Positions 1 through 17,764 of a DNA stretch of 64,000 bases are shown here, piece after piece; the first letter of the stretch is position 1, and each line of letters begins with the position of its first letter. This stretch comes from the human T2T-CHM13v2.0 reference genome, Homo sapiens. The position numbers were made by a program, and so were the translations under genes. The DNA is taken from the NCBI RefSeq assembly GCF_009914755.1, contig NC_060926.1; one strand, 5' to 3'. The notes beneath the pieces are model-generated. The model did no database searches and was not told the DNA's origin. It saw only the letters and a program-made list of their open reading frames with translations.

Positions 1-958
<958 letters not shown>

Positions 959-2114
959 CTCTCTCTCTTTTTTTTTTTTTTTTTTTGAGACAGAGTTTCA
1001 TTCTTGTTGCCCAGGCTGGAGTGCAATGTCACTGCAATGGCAGCATCTCAAACATTAAAAGGAAATTATTTCCAAACTAATTCTTTTGTTTTTTTTTTTT
1101 TTGAGACTACAGTTTTATTATTACTCAAATCAGTTTCCCCGAGCATTTGGCGATTTTTTTTTTAAATTTGGTGTGTGTGGGGCTCTAGACTAGAATTCTG
1201 TGCTCTGTTCCACATGACTTCTGTACAGAGAAAACCTTTTTTCACACATGTAGATTTTTAAAAAATTTAACTACTACTCTCCCTTTGTAAGGAAAAACTA
1301 GAGGAGAGAATGAACTAAAAGTGAGAAAGAAGGAAATAGGGTGCTCCACATCCGAGACAGGCAGAGGAAGACACAGGTTCTGCCTGCCAAGAGAGCATCC
1401 ACCAATACCAGAGCAGAGGGCAGGGCCCCGGGAGAGAGGGTAGACCAGGGACTCATTTCTTTTGCTGGACGGTGTGGAAGAGTGTTAACTAGGGATAGGT
1501 ACATGCCGGTGAAGCAAATGAAACGAGGCAATTAGGATTCTCAAGGAAATTTTGAAGAAGGAAGCTTTACTTTATAATATAAAAAAAGTAGTTAAATTCA
1601 CTATAGCTCAGCTTGTGAGCAATGCTTACATGACCATTAATATAAATACTGAATTTAAAATTTACCAACAATTAGGAGAGTGTGGGGAGGGGTAGGTGTG
1701 AGGTATTGGCAGTGACAGATGTTGAGGAGGCAAGATTTCAAAGTGGAGAATGTGCTAGCTGTCATAAATGTGCTTTTCAGAAATACGGGTGAATGAATGG
1801 ATGCATGAGAGTAAATCCCAGAAAGGCAGCCAAGAGAGGTGAAGCTGGTTCTGTCTGAGGAAGAGGACTTGATGTGGAGTGGGTGACCCTGACCTGGCAG
1901 TTTGTTTCCAGTCGTGTAGTCTATATGGCATTTTCAGATATGCCCTGGATTATTGGATGAATATGAAAATGAAAACAGTAGATTTTAGCATTCCACAGCT
2001 AACTGTGCAGGTTTAAAAGTGTTGTCTTAAAGTCTGTCAAGTCAGGGTGCAGTAGATGAAAGCTGTGATTGTTCTTGGATTTTCTATTTATTTCTCCTTT
2101 TATCATGGTGGTCA

Positions 2115-2864
<750 letters not shown>

Positions 2865-2883
2865 TAGAAATTTCTTATTTTGA

Positions 2884-3292
<409 letters not shown>

Positions 3293-3460
3293 AGGCCCTC
3301 GGTTTTTTAAGACTCTGTCCTGGATATATAAATAATATCTAGAACTGGGGCTATGGGGATTTTGTTTCCTTTTGTTGATGTTTTGTTTTGCTTTGTTTTT
3401 GAGAATACAATTTAGGACAGAAATTTTGAGAATGTAGTTGAAAATCCTCCAATATTTTAC

Positions 3461-3722
3461 TTTTTTTTTTTTTTTTTTTGAGACGGAGTCTCCCTTTGTC
3501 GTCCAGGCTGGAGTACAGTGGCGCAGTCTCTGCTCACTGCAACCTGCGCCTCCTGGGTTCAAATGATTTTCCTGCCTCAGCCTGCTGAGTAGCTAGGATT
3601 ACAGGCACTGGCCACCATGTCCAGCTAATTTTTTTTTTTTTTAATTCCTGACCTCAGGTGATCTGCTCACCTCAGCCTCCCAAAGTGCTGGGATCACAGG
3701 CGTCAGCCACAGCACCTGGCCT
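3461..3722 (-). mobile_element. Alu with internal deletion
   Basis: Poly-T then gagacggagtctc...; flanked by caatattttact. Confidence 0.88.
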
Positions 3723-3854
3723 TCAATATTTTACTTTCAGTAGAAATTAGAACGACTTAGTGTTGGGGCAATATTTTGGGAACTAGGAAGCTTAAGTCCT
3801 CATTTAGACCCTAATGTTTGTATCTTGGCTTTGAGAACATCTAACTCAGGATTT

Positions 3855-4225
3855 TTTTTTTTTTAATTGAGATAAAATGTATATGCCATAAAATTCACCA
3901 TGTTGAAGTATACAATTCAGTTGTTTTAGGATACTTACACAGTTGTATGACCGTCACTACTATCTAATTTCAGAACGTTTTCATCATCCCAAAAAGAGAC
4001 CCTCATACTCTTTAGCAGTTACTCCGCCAGCCCCCAGCAACCACTGGTATCCAGAACAGGCACCCATCAGGATATTCCCTCTCTATGGATTTCCCTATTT
4101 TAGATATTTCATATAAGTGGGATCATACAAACATGCGGTCTGTTGTGTGTAGTGTTTCCTTGTTTCCAGGTTCACTCATGTGGTAGCATGTATCAGTGTT
4201 TTACTCCTTATGGCTAAAGGGGTTT
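3855..4225 (-). mobile_element. Old L1M 3'-end fragment
   Basis: ccataaaattcacc..gtatacaattcag, cagaacgttttcatcatcccaaaaag, atttcatataagtgggatcataca. Confidence 0.75.
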
Positions 4226-4837
4226 GTTTTTTCCTTTGGAGCTGTCTCTGAGGGGACTGTGTCCCTAACCTTGCTGCCTCTTACACTGAGTTTGCAGGTA
4301 AGAGTAAATGTTGGTAACATCAAACGTATAGTCGCTGAAATGCCCAAGCAGTGTCTCAGACGTTTTTAAAATTTTATTTTGAAACCATTTCAAGCTTATA
4401 GAAAAGCTACACAAACAGCACAGAAAGGTCCTGCTGGCCTTTACCTGAGATGCCCGTCTGCCTTTAACTGGTTGTCTCAGTGTTGTTTACTACAGAAGGT
4501 CCAATCTAGGAGCAAATGCTGTACCCAGGCATTATGTCTCTCTGGTCTCTGCAATCTGGAACATTCTTCCTCCTTTCCTTGGTTTTCATGACCTTGACAT
4601 TTTGGAAGATTACAGGGCAGTCATTTTGTAGAATGTTTATGATATGGGATTGTGCAGTGCTTCCCCAGGATCAGACCCTGGGCTCACTGCCTAGGTGAGA
4701 AACTCCCAGAGTGATGATGCGTCCTGATTCATGTGGCACATAGGGTCCATCTGTCCCATTGGTGGTGGTGGTGGTAACATTGATCACTTGGTCAAGATGA
4801 TGTTTGCCAGCTTTTCTGTATACAAAGTTGTTTTTGA

Positions 4838-5125
4838 CTAGGTAGTGGCTCATGCCTATAGTCCCAACAGAGGCTGAAGCAGGAGGATCACTTGAGGCCA
4901 GGTGTTTGAGACCAGCCTGGGCAACATAGCAAGACCCCATCTCTACAAAAGGTCCTGCTGGCCTTTACCTGAGATGCCCATCTGCCTTTAACTCGTTAAA
5001 CAAGAAAAAATTAAAAATAGAAAATTAGCCAGGATTGGTATCAGGTGCCTGTATTCCCAGCTGCTCCAGAGGCTGAGACAGGATGATTGCTTAAGCCCAG
5101 GAGTTTGAGACTCCTTATCTCTTAA
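4838..5125 (+). mobile_element. Old Alu (J-type) with a 46-bp insertion and a right-arm deletion
   Basis: Alu left arm, non-Alu insert at 4948-4993, shortened right arm. Confidence 0.8.
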
Positions 5126-5948
5126 GGAAAGAAAGGTTACTTTTTGTCCTTTGTTACTAAGTATTTTGTGGAGCGATACTTTGAGACTAAGTAAATATCT
5201 TGTACCTCATCACACTCATCTTCTAGTTAGATCACTATGATGGTTGCCCAATGATGACTCTTTAAATCCCATTCTTCCTACTACTGGAAGGAAGAGTTTT
5301 CTCTCCATTTATTTAGTTTATGTCACTGTGGATTCATAGATTCAAATCTGATACTTGATAATCTGTTGGTTTCATTATTTATTTTTATCTTTAACTTTCC
5401 CACATTTGGCCCAAGGGAGACTCTTCAAGCTGCCTCTTGTGTCCTTCTCACATGTCCTTTCATTTTATGAACACTTCTTTGCTTTCTTACAGAATAAGAC
5501 ATGCCAGGCTTGTTTTGTACTTTGCCTGCTTCACTGTGGAGTCAGCCATTTCCCCACAGAGCCCAGCCGTTTTAGTGAAGACTGGTATTTAGAGACCAAG
5601 ATCCATGCACTCAGTGTGCCCATTGCTTTGTGGGGTATCACCACTTCTGGCCCTCTCAACAGACAATGCTACACACATGTACATATACCCACTCACCTCA
5701 TATATCTATATTTACCTCTATATCTGTGTCTGTATCTGCTGAAACCAGGAATTCCCATCATTCGCTCCTGTTACACTCTAGCACTGTGTTCTAGCTTCAG
5801 TGAGAAACCTGACTCTACTCCCTGCCCTGCCTGGCCACTATCACTGCCCCTTCCAGACCACCCTCCTTGCAGGAGTGAACTTCAAAAAATGTATATTAAC
5901 ATTGATTTTAAAATTTTGCAATAAAACCTTATCAAAGAAATTAAAATT

Positions 5949-6245
5949 AGCCAGGCACAGTGGGTCATGCCTGTAATCCCAGCACTTTGGGAGGCAAGGT
6001 GGACTAATCACCTGAGGTCAGGAGTTCAAGAGCAGCCTGGCCAACATGGTGAAACCCCATCTCTACTAAAAATACAAAAATTAGGTGTGGTGGCACACAC
6101 CTGTAGTCCCAGCTACTCAGGAGGCTGAGGCAGGAGAACTGCTTGAACCCAGGAGGCGGAGGTTACAGCGAATGGAGATTGTACCACTGCACTCCAGCCT
6201 AGGTGATAGAGTGAGACTCTGTCTCAAAAAAAAAAAAGAAAAAAA
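5949..6245 (+). mobile_element. AluS
   Basis: Full dimer with A tail. Confidence 0.9.
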
Positions 6246-6484
6246 GTGCAAATCTTTCCACTTCTAATTTTCCATTTCCTATAAATATTTGAAACAATAT
6301 GAGGAGAGATACAAGTCCCAGTGTATCTTCCTGGTGAATTGCTTTTAGATGATGTAAGCCCTCTTTCTCATGCACTGTGTCTGATGATAATATTGCTCCA
6401 GCAGCTTTCTTTTGGTCAGTTGTTAAGTACATCTTTTTCCATCTCTTTGAACCTTTCAGTGTCCTTGTGTTCCAGATGTGCCTC

Positions 6485-6714
<230 letters not shown>

Positions 6715-6903
6715 TTATCTTTCTAGAACAGATAGATTAATATGTTTAGTTATTGACATTTTAAGTCAGCTATCTCAGATATAATGGTAAAATGCCAAGT
6801 AGAGTGCTGTGTTGGCAAGGATGTAATTTAAGCATTCCCTATTTCATGAGAAAGGGGTTATGTGCCAGATACAAATGTAATCTGTCTGTCTCTTGCATTT
6901 CAG

Positions 6904-6999
6904 GGCACCACCAAAATCAACACTTTCAACTGGTCCAAGGTCCGTAAACTAAGCTTCAAGAGGAAAAGATTTCTTATCAAACTTCATCCAGAGGTTCAT
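6904..6999 (+). CDS. FARP2: FARP2 coding exon (~exon 9), FERM C-lobe
   Basis: cttgcatttcag|GGC...CAT|gtaagt; encodes [32 protein letters not shown]; 96 nt, phase 0/0. Confidence 0.97.
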
Positions 7000-7024
7000 G
7001 TAAGTATTATTTTCAACTTTTTAT

Positions 7025-7384
<360 letters not shown>

Positions 7385-8962
7385 TAACTCATAATTTATT
7401 CTGCTAAAACATAATTACTTTGTAAATCATTTCAGCATAATGCACACAAGAACTCAAGGACAGGATTCGGGACTTAGGTCTGGAGGGGCTGAGGGCAGTC
7501 TGCCTAGCTGGTCTCACACTTACCTCCCCCAGGAACTTTGTCACTCACGTGTTGCTGGCTCAAAACCCCAGGGTTTCAGCTTCAGCGGGTCTGGGATGAA
7601 CCCAAGAAGGTGCACATCTGACAAGCTCCTAGGGATTGCTAAGAACCATGGTTATTGCAGCCTCTTTGTTCTCTAGGTAAGGAAGCTGAAGAACAAAGTG
7701 CTCAAAATGATCTGAAGCCCTACAGCAGCTGAGAGCTTCAGAATGAACTGAGGAGTATCCCCAGTGTTCTCTTGTGTCCTTCATTCAGAAATTGATCTTT
7801 GAATAGCTCTAATTGAAGAAGCCTTGATTATCAGGGAGTAAATATTCCCTTCTTTACTGACTGCTCATTAATAAAATAATAATTACATATGAATTTACTG
7901 AAATGAGTAAAAATGGAAAAAATAAATGCCTGTGCAGTGTATTTGGTAAAATCCAGTACTTCCAGTTATTCAAAGATGTTCCAGTTGCTGCATTTCCGTT
8001 GTACAAAAGGAGTTAGAAAATAAAAAGTAGATTTGCCAAGCTACCATGGGGTTTGAAGCTTAAGAGATGGCCATGCCTGTGTCAGCCCAGACACATTTTG
8101 GGTTATGGGAGATTTAGAGCCTTTGGGCCAGTCAGAAGAAAAGCTTTGCCTACGCCTTTAAAAGGCACTTGAGTAGTAGGGCTTTTGGTACACACTGGGT
8201 TCACGTGCTTTGTGTAAGTGTGTTTGCTTTTGGTAGAAGGCTTGAAAGTGGCTTTAATTGTTGTACAAATATCTGTCCTGTGGATGAAGGGGAAGTAGAA
8301 GGAATGCCAAACACACATACGAAACACAAGTAAAAGCTGTTTTACTCTGTAAGTAAAAAAAAAAAAAGTTTCCTGCAGTTATTCGAGATGATAGGGAAAG
8401 TTCACCAAAGCAGCTATTAACTTGAATAGGGCGATAAGTCAAAGCCCAGAACTGTTTGCATCTGCACTTAGCAAAGTTACATTTTACTTACCTAAGCACG
8501 TTTTAAAGACTAAATGTTAGATTCAAAGTATTACAGTCTTTGTGGAAGGTAATTGGGTAACATACATCAGCAGGTTCAAAAATGTGCAGTCTTTGAGCTC
8601 AGATTTCCATTTCTAGGAATTTATCCTAAGGAATAACTGAGAGTGAATGCAGTTCCTTCAGGGCAATATTTGTAGGCCTGAAAACTGCATGTCCTGGACA
8701 TCTAAAATATCCTAGATTTTAAAAATATATGTAGAAACAATTCAGTAATAACATGTAAATATGTCAGTTGGCATGAAAAATGCCAAGGCTAGGTAGAAAA
8801 AGTGTTTACAAAGATAGAATTCAGAATGTTGATAGTTGTGTGATTGTGGGTGACTTCATTTTTCTGCTAGTTCTACTATGAATATATATACTGTCTATCT
8901 TTTCTTAATTAAGCAGATGGAACCAGAAGACTTTGTATACAACTTTTAGAAAAACCCTTCCT

Positions 8963-9275
<313 letters not shown>

Positions 9276-9377
9276 TTAATTTTGGAATTCCCTATCGTGT
9301 GATCTGCTTCCTAAATGTACTTTCTCTTGTCCAATACTTCATTCTTGAATTAATTAACCTTTGTGTTTTGTTTCTAG

Positions 9378-9541
9378 GGACCTTACCAGGACACATTAGA
9401 ATTTTTGTTGGGTAGTAGAGATGAATGTAAGAACTTCTGGAAGATTTGTGTGGAGTATCACACCTTTTTTAGACTTTTGGACCAACCTAAGCCAAAAGCA
9501 AAAGCCGTCTTCTTCAGCCGGGGCTCCTCCTTCAGATACAG
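9378..9541 (+). CDS. FARP2: FARP2 coding exon (~exon 10), end of FERM and start of FERM-adjacent domain
   Basis: tttctag|GGA...AG|gtaggg; [54 protein letters not shown]; 164 nt, phase 0/2; typical band-4.1 FWKxCVExHTFFR and GSxFRYSGRT motifs. Confidence 0.97.
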
Positions 9542-9788
9542 GTAGGGGCCATGCCGTGGCTTGCATGGGCCCCTCACTGGTTTGTAAAGCTGAGAAAATA
9601 GGTAATTCCTAGTCAAGAAAGAAGTGTTATAAAATATTTCAGAGAATTACACACAAAGTGGAGGTATTGTGAAAGAATAACTAGAGGAAGCATATGAAAT
9701 AAAATAACGGAAAAAATACGCTTAATAAAAACTTTGCTTACAAATTCAGTTACGCTTACTACAAAGTATAACTTTAAAATATGTATGT

Positions 9789-10068
9789 GGGCCGAGCCCG
9801 GTGGCTCACACCTGTAATCCCAGCACTTTGGAAGGCCAAGGCGGGTGGATCATTTGAGGTCAGGAATTCGATATCAGCCTGGCCAACATGGTGAAACCCC
9901 ATCTCTACTAAAAATACAAAAATTAGCTGGGCGTGTTAGCGGGCACCTGTAATCCCAGCTACTCGGGAGGCTGAGGCATGAGAATCGCTTAAACCCATGA
10001 GGCAGAGATCACGCCACTGCACTCCACCCTGGGCAATAGAGCGAGACTCAGTCTCAAAAAATAAAATA
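9789..10068 (+). mobile_element. AluS
   Basis: ggccgagcccggtggctcac... to A-rich tail. Confidence 0.88.
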
Positions 10069-10181
10069 TATGTGTGTATATTTATGAGAGAGGATGGGTA
10101 AATCTTTTCTTTTGTCTTTTACTCTGAAAAATTAATGCTGACTTACTGTTCTTTATTAAAAATCTGAATCTTTATTCACAG

Positions 10182-10250
10182 TGGAAGAACTCAGAAACAA
10201 CTAGTAGATTATTTCAAAGACAGTGGAATGAAGAGAATTCCATATGAAAG
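10182..10250 (+). CDS. FARP2: FARP2 coding exon (~exon 11), FERM-adjacent domain
   Basis: ttcacag|T GGA...AG|gtaagc; (S)GRTQKQLVDYFKDSGMKRIPYE(R); 69 nt, phase 2/2. Confidence 0.96.
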
Positions 10251-10332
10251 GTAAGCTCTGGCCTTTATGATGTAAAGTGTGTGCTTTTAAAATTAAAATT
10301 TAAATATATATATGGAGAGAGAGCGAAAAGAG

Positions 10333-11429
<1,097 letters not shown>

Positions 11430-11700
11430 ATAGTAAACATTTAATCTGAAAATTCTTGTTGTTTCTCCGCACGTGGAATTTTTTCCTTTAGTGTGGGTGT
11501 GTAATCTTACCTCTCTTGGGACCTCTGTTTTTTATTTGAATTCTTGTTTTCCATTCTCCTGCCCCTTTCAAGTTAGATACCTCTTAGCTACATTTTCTTG
11601 TGAGGTTTTCTTCATGGATACAGTACATGCTTGCTGCTTTAAAAACAGGCGCTGAGAAGGGGAGGGCTTGGTTTCTCACAGCTCGTCCTCTGTTTTGCAG

Positions 11701-11758
11701 AAGGCACAGCAAGACCCACACGTCCGTTCGAGCTCTGACTGCAGACCTACCAAAACAG
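11701..11758 (+). CDS. FARP2: FARP2 coding exon (~exon 12)
   Basis: tgttttgcag|A AGG...CAG|gttagt; (R)RHSKTHTSVRALTADLPKQ; 58 nt, phase 2/0. Confidence 0.93.
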
Positions 11759-11919
11759 GTTAGTCTCTTCCGGTTCAACATGGGGGCAGTAGGAGTTCCC
11801 TGTACTCTTTTGGAAAATAGTCTGTCAGTATTGTAACAAGAGTCTTAAAATTAATCATATTATTTAATGCAGCAATTGTAATCCTGGGACTCTGTTTTCA
11901 GAAAGGGGTCCTGAATAGA

Positions 11920-15213
<3,294 letters not shown>

Positions 15214-16099
15214 ACCTTTACGCTTTCAATTTTCTTCCATTCCATTTTAAAAGCCACATGAGAATATTGAATATGGTTGAATAATTGAGACATGATAAGA
15301 TCAGCATTTGAAAATAGGTTAATCTTATGGACTGTGGCCTACTATTTTGTTTCTGAAAGCCTAGTAACTAAGCCTTGTGCAGTTACATTTGCACTTTTTA
15401 CATATGGTAACACGTGCATGTGTATATTGCCTGTGTACATATTGCACAAAAAGTTATTCAGTTGTGTTTGGTTATATTTTGGTCTGACCACACTCTTAAC
15501 GATGTGGCGTGTGTATATATAGTAAGGGATGTCCCCAAAGCGTGACTGCATCCCGTGATAGCGCGCAAGGAGTGACGCTTAGTGAGTAGAGGGGGCTCAG
15601 CCGTGTCCTTGTGTGTGGAACCATGAGGGGAGGATGTGTTAGGGCACCTATGGAGTAGCAGGTGATGCAGCATAGCCACTGGACATCTGGTCCTGGCCCC
15701 TCAGTATTTCCTCATCCTGCTTGGGAGCTGCTTCTCCCTCAGACTTGTGGCCACTCCTGTGCTTTTGGAAGGCCCCAGGTCTCTTGTGCCACTCCCATTG
15801 GCAAAGGGCATCCTAGGCAGTGACCCTCAACCTTCCCTTACATGTATGAGTGGATTGGTGTGTGTCCTAACTCCCTCGCGACGATACATCTCTGACAGAT
15901 GAGTGCGCATTACTGTAGAACTTGGACTTGTTACTCACCTGTCAGTACTGTGGTTTAGGGTTCTATTGGCTGAGTGGAATGGTTCACTCCCTCTCCAGCT
16001 GTATTTTACCCCTCAACAAAACTATGAATCTCCTGGTAACGGGATTCCAGGAAGACGTGGACCACGTGTCATTAGGTTCTGCAAGATGGAGGTTTTCTT

Positions 16100-16250
16100 G
16101 GCCAGGCATGGTGGCATGTACCTGTAATCCCAGCATGTTGGAAGGCGAAGATGGGTGGATCACTTGAGGCCAGGAGTTTGAGCTATGATGGCACCACTGT
16201 ACTCCACCCTGGGCAACAGAGCAATACCCTGTCTCTAAAAAAATTAAAAA
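16100..16250 (+). mobile_element. Internally deleted Alu
   Basis: ggccaggcatggtggc...ccaggagtttgag joined to ctatgatggcaccactg...tctctaaaaaa. Confidence 0.8.
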
Positions 16251-16534
16251 TTGTAATTTAATTTTAAAAACTTTTCTTTATTGTGGATATTTCATGTCAT
16301 AAGAGAAAAAAATGGAATTGTAAGGGTTTGTAAACAGACGATCCTGGGTTGATTTGCAATGCTACTTTTACAAATCTTCAGTTCTACAAGGGAAAGTCTA
16401 GTGAATTGCCCATTTTCATGAAAGCTGTGATAGAAATGTGTGGATGCCCTAAGTTAGGCCAGGTGGCTTTGCAACTTCTAGTGGTAATTTGTAATTTTAT
16501 ATCCTTTTTTTCTTTTCTTAACTTTGGTTCCCAG

Positions 16535-16787
16535 AGCATCTCATTCCCCGAGGGATTGAGGACTCCTGCCTCCCCATCTTCAGCGAATGCCTTTTACTCG
16601 CTCTCTCCCTCCACTCTGGTCCCCTCTGGCCTGCCAGAGTTTAAGGACAGCAGCAGCTCCCTCACAGATCCCCAGGTTTCCTACGTCAAGAGTCCAGCTG
16701 CAGAGAGGCGCAGTGGAGCAGTGGCTGGAGGCCCCGACACACCATCGGCCCAGCCCCTCGGGCCCCCCGCACTCCAGCCTGGTCCAG
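16535..16787 (+). CDS. FARP2: FARP2 coding exon (~exon 13), Ser/Pro-rich linker
   Basis: long pyrimidine tract ...ttcccag|AGC; SISFPEGLRTPASPSS...GPPALQPGP(G); 253 nt, phase 0/1; weak donor CAG|gtgtcg is phase-compatible with the exon at 31971. Confidence 0.93.
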
Positions 16788-17764
16788 GTGTCGGGTTTTG
16801 TCATGTCGTGAGCAGCTGTGGTTCTGTCTGTGCTGGGGGGCAGAGTTTCAGTGCCTTAGACCTAGACACAGGGAGGGCCGGTAGGGAGCTCAGCGCTGCT
16901 TGTAAAAATGACAATGGTGGGGATGACTTTACCACAGGCTCATTTCCTTCCGGTGGGGAGCACCGGTGTGACCGGCAGTGTCGTGGGGGGGCCCCTGCTT
17001 TCACATTGACAAATGCCCAGCTGCAGGTATCTGAGGAGTTCATAGACGATGACCCAGCAGACATCTCCTTCTTTGCTGGAGGCTCTGAGGCGTTTTCTTT
17101 TCCTTATGGCTCTGTAGTCCCACAGGAATCTCAGGCCTCTGCCCAGCCTCTGGTGGCCCCTCCTTTGTGTGAGCTTCCAGGGTCTGCTCGGTCCAGCCCA
17201 GACAGGTACTCCATGGAGGCAGTAGATATGAACACAGAAGACGGTTTTGCATTTGAGGAGGAAAGTGACTTCAATGGGAACGCACACCCCTCAGACACCT
17301 CGGAGCTATTTGAGGTGAAGGCGCAGGCCAGCCGGATGCAGCGCCTGCTGGGTCCTTCTGAGACCAGCTCACTGAGAAACAGCCAGTCTGAAAACAGCTC
17401 CCTCAATAACATGCCACTACGTGGTGGGCTGTCTGTGCACACATGCAGCTCAGCCAGTCAATCTGAGGCCAGCTCCATGGTCAACTTCCCAGCCTACTCA
17501 GTCCGCTCTGAGTCCAGCTCGGCCTTCCAGTTCTCTGACATCATCGACCAGTTAGAGCAGCTCAGCTACCCACCCACGACGGCCGAGGACTCCAGCAGCA
17601 CAGAGTCAGACTCATGGGACTCTGAAACCGAGGCCCCCCTAGACATAAGCCTTTTCTTCAGCAACCCTTTTGCACACACAAGTGGAGAAAGAGTCCCTTT
17701 TGATTTACAGAACAATTTAAAGAATTTGACTCCAGGAGAGCAAATAGATAAAAACCCATCTTGA
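16788..17764 (+). CDS. FARP2: Candidate FARP2 alternative terminal coding region: in-frame extension of exon 13 and/or a separate last exon starting at 17021/17027
   Basis: Exon 13 frame stays open about 325 codons past the donor to TGA at 17762-17764; no repeat sequence; acidic Ser-rich protein-like composition from VSEEFIDDD onward; in-frame phase-0 AG sites at 17020 and 17026. Confidence 0.6.

Noticed and set aside
5355-5924. 189-aa ORF
   Set aside because: TTG start, overlaps degraded repeat-like and low-complexity sequence, no recognisable domain or splice context
16349-16534. N-terminal part of the 471-aa ORF
   Set aside because: Starts at TTG in intronic sequence and runs through the exon 13 pyrimidine tract; coding begins at the acceptor at 16535
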